This document shows, in pieces, positions 61,331 to 64,000 of a stretch of 64,000 nucleotides of DNA. The notes beneath the pieces are model-generated. The model had not been told where the DNA came from and ran no database searches. It saw only the letters and a program-made list of their open reading frames with translations. Made by a program: the position numbers and the translations under genes. Position 1 is the first letter of the stretch; every line of letters starts with the position of its first letter. Origin of the DNA: Vicugna vicugna. Lineage: Eukaryota. The stretch is taken from NCBI GenBank assembly GCA_013265495.1, contig MU057711.1, forward strand, positions 1,302,001 through 1,366,000, given 5' to 3'.

Positions 61331-62254
61331 AGGAACCCTGTGGATGTCAAGCAGAATTTGGAAAATGTAAGTAATGAATACCTAGTCCCAGAGAATGAGG
61401 AGGGTGGCTTTGTGTCTCCTGAGACATCCTCACCCTTGGCTAGGGCCAAGTGTTGTCCTTTAGTTCACAGTGTCCCCAGAGGTGACCAGAAACAATTCAA
61501 GGCACAGAGAAGAAAGGTGGGGGGCCTTTTGCTGTTGCAGCTGGAGAAGCCGTGAGCCGGGGGTGGGGGCGGCCAGTGGGCCCAGGTGTGTGGAGGACGC
61601 ATGCGGGGCAGCCGCGGGAGCACATAGTGCCTGCATTCCTTTGTGCCCCTGAATCAGGCCCTTGCCCCGAGGGTGTCCAGGCCTGTGCTTGTTTGCTGGA
61701 AATACATCCCAGCTTCCTGGAGGGGAGCTGTTGTGGCCCAGGAATGAGTCGATCTCGGGGCGCAGTGGTCTGCGGTGAGCTAATACCAAAATAGATCTGT
61801 TTCCCAGCCCCTTTATTCCACACACAATGGAGTCACCCGGCGCTCTCGCTTTCTCTTTCCAACAACAATGATGCCATGAATACCCTCCAGGGGACATCTT
61901 TATTTGAAGGCTGGGAGGTATGAATTTTATCATTGCAGATAATCCTACTGGTTACAAAATATTCTAAACAAAGCGAGCCACTCCACCTGCCCGCTAAGGC
62001 TGGTTTTCTTGAATTGAATGGGCTTTTATTTGCCGAGTCCTCCTTCTGCCCAGGCTCCCGGCCCTTCTTCACCCATCTGAATGGCCTTTGCCAATGGAGG
62101 AAGCCTTTCTAAACAGTCGTGAAACTTGATTTCAGCCCAGAAATGAGCCCTGTGTGGAGATGGTGGTCTTTTTGAACTGCTCCTACAGGACACATCCTCG
62201 ATTTCCGTATTCTGGACTTTGCTGCAATATCACTTGCCCTGAATTAAGTTAAAG

Positions 62255-62420
62255 AATCTGAGTCTCAGAAGGGCCAGAGAGGTCACCTAGTAGCTAAATT
62301 CTAGTCTAGCCTTGCATTTTACAGGTGGGAAAACTGAGGCCCTGAGAAAAGATGTGGCTTGTCCAAAGTCACACCTCTAACGGGTGGCCGAGAAAGGTCT
62401 TGCCCTGCTCTTTTTCTCCC
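62255..62420 (-). mobile_element. MIR fragment
   Basis: cattttacaggtgggaaaactgaggccctgaga..ttgtccaaagtcacac. Confidence 0.7.
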
Positions 62421-62689
62421 CAACTCCAATGGCTCCCAGGCTGTGACCTGTTCTATTGATGATGCTCAGAGAGGTTTCAGATGGCCTGTGGCATCAAATG
62501 GCATTAAATTATGTTGATTTATCTAGAGAGAAAACTGTTCCCTTTCCCACTTTACTTTTACTCTTGATGACAGCAGGGAGAAGGCTTAGTTTGGTGGCCG
62601 CATGCCTTTGTATTTCTTTAAGGGTATTTCTCTCTTCTTGGTCACAAACAGAGCAGACCTCTGGTTGAGACTAGGCACCAATATCTGGT

Positions 62690-62978
62690 TTGTATTTAAT
62701 AACATTTGTTATTTGTTTTCATCGTATTTATTTTTAATGTTACCACCTAATATTATTCATTTTCCACTTAGAGTTTTTTTAATGATTGTTTTTAAATAAC
62801 TGTATTTTTGATTGTTTTTAAATAACTGTATTTTTCATAAATTAAAAAAAAGTATTTAAGTTTCTTAAAGTGAGTGCATTTAAAGCATTAAGTAATTAAC
62901 CGTACAGGTGGTCTGTGGGTGTGAAAAATCTCCTGGAGGTGGCCACGTGGATGGCTGAAGTTTGGAAACTAACTACTG
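62690..62978 (-). mobile_element. MER113-like hAT fragment
   Basis: attaagtaattaaccgtacaggtggt..aaaaatc..gaggtggccacgtggatggctgaagtttggaaac. Confidence 0.5.
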
Positions 62979-63384
62979 TCTTGCCCCTGGTATTTCCTAT
63001 AAATGGCTTCAGAGCTGAAGTCTATTGGAAAGAATTTCCAGAAAAAAGGTGTGGAACTTGAACTCATTTCTCTTGCCTGCATAGCTCTCATTCTTTTTGA
63101 AGCATTCTATCAGACTTTTTTTTCTTTTCTTATTTCTGACATTTTGCTCTGCTAGAAGCAGGTCCTTGCCCATTATAGGTGCAAGGAAAAGGAGGCCTGT
63201 TGGTCACTGCCCTGGACTGGGGGCCCTGGCTCAGCTCCTCCCTGGCTGTGCACACAAGTCCTTGCCTGCCTGTAGCTGACTCTGTCTTCAACTGCATGTG
63301 AGAAAGCTCAGACTGAATGACTCTAGAGCACCCTTTTACATCTTTTGTTTGTTTGTTAACGTTGAGGTTGTCATGGGGGTTCCA

Positions 63385-63500
63385 GAGCCAGTCGGGAAGC
63401 ATTCAAATCTTCTTTCTATTCCTTCTTAGCTGTGTTCCCTTGGGAAAGTTGCCTAGCTTCTCTGGGCCTTGGTGTCTGCATCTCTAAACAAAGGATGGAG
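63385..63500 (+). mobile_element. MIR fragment
   Basis: tagctgtgttcccttgggaaagttgcctagcttctctgggccttgg. Confidence 0.6.
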
Positions 63501-63869
63501 AGGTAGTGCCAAGACCAGGGAATGCCACTTGCATGTCAGACTCAGCCAGGAGATTCAAGTGTCCTGAGGGCACCGATGAGCTAATTGGGCAGGTGGGAGA
63601 GAATTCAAGGCAGCTGGCTGGTTATTCACACACCGGCTTCTCTTGCAGCAGCCACCAGTAACTTCCCTGAAGATACGGTGCCCACAGCACATCCTAGCAC
63701 CCTGCAAAGTACCCAGTGAGTACTGGTTGAACAAATTAACTGACTTGGGTGAGTTCAGATTGGACTGGATTAGACCGAGGGATTCAAACCATCCATTCAT
63801 TCATAGTAAATTCCTTTTCAGCATCTGTGACATGACAGATGGCCTGGTTTCCTGAGTAAGAGGGCTGGT

Positions 63870-64000
63870 TCTGACGCCAGCCAGACCTGGACAGGCTTGT
63901 GGATCCACTACTTCCTGTGTGATCTCAAGTAAGTTACTGAATGTCTCTGATTGTGTTTGCTCGTCTATAAAAACAGGTTGAATAATAGTACTCACCTCAT
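63870..64000 (+). mobile_element. MIR fragment (runs off window end)
   Basis: ctgtgtgatctcaagtaagttactgaatgtctctg..tctataaaaacagg..aataatagtactcacctcat. Confidence 0.65.

Overview
Mammalian genomic DNA, intergenic or deep intronic, with no protein-coding exon or RNA gene that I can support. It is probably camelid, inferred from two tRNA-derived SINEs and the young L1 3' ends. A large fraction is transposon-derived: ancient MIR, L2, MaLR/ERVL LTRs and hAT DNA elements (MER3, MER5, MER58B, MER63A, MER103, MER113), two long old L1 copies, several younger cetartiodactyl/camelid L1 3' ends and two ERV1-type solo LTRs. Unique stretches between repeats include several homeobox/Fox-motif-rich blocks that look like developmental enhancers and a strong CTCF motif. 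The most unusual object is a ~2.9 kb TSD-flanked L1 derivative (42212-45122, minus strand). It keeps the 5' terminus, 5'UTR, all of ORF1 and the 3' end, but lacks the ORF2 endonuclease and RT, with an AG at the junction, so it may be a spliced or 'half-L1' non-autonomous element. A near-perfect ~65-nt fold-back inside an MLT2 LTR is the second most notable feature. All family names come from recalled consensus sequences, not a database search, and boundaries are approximate unless TSDs are cited.
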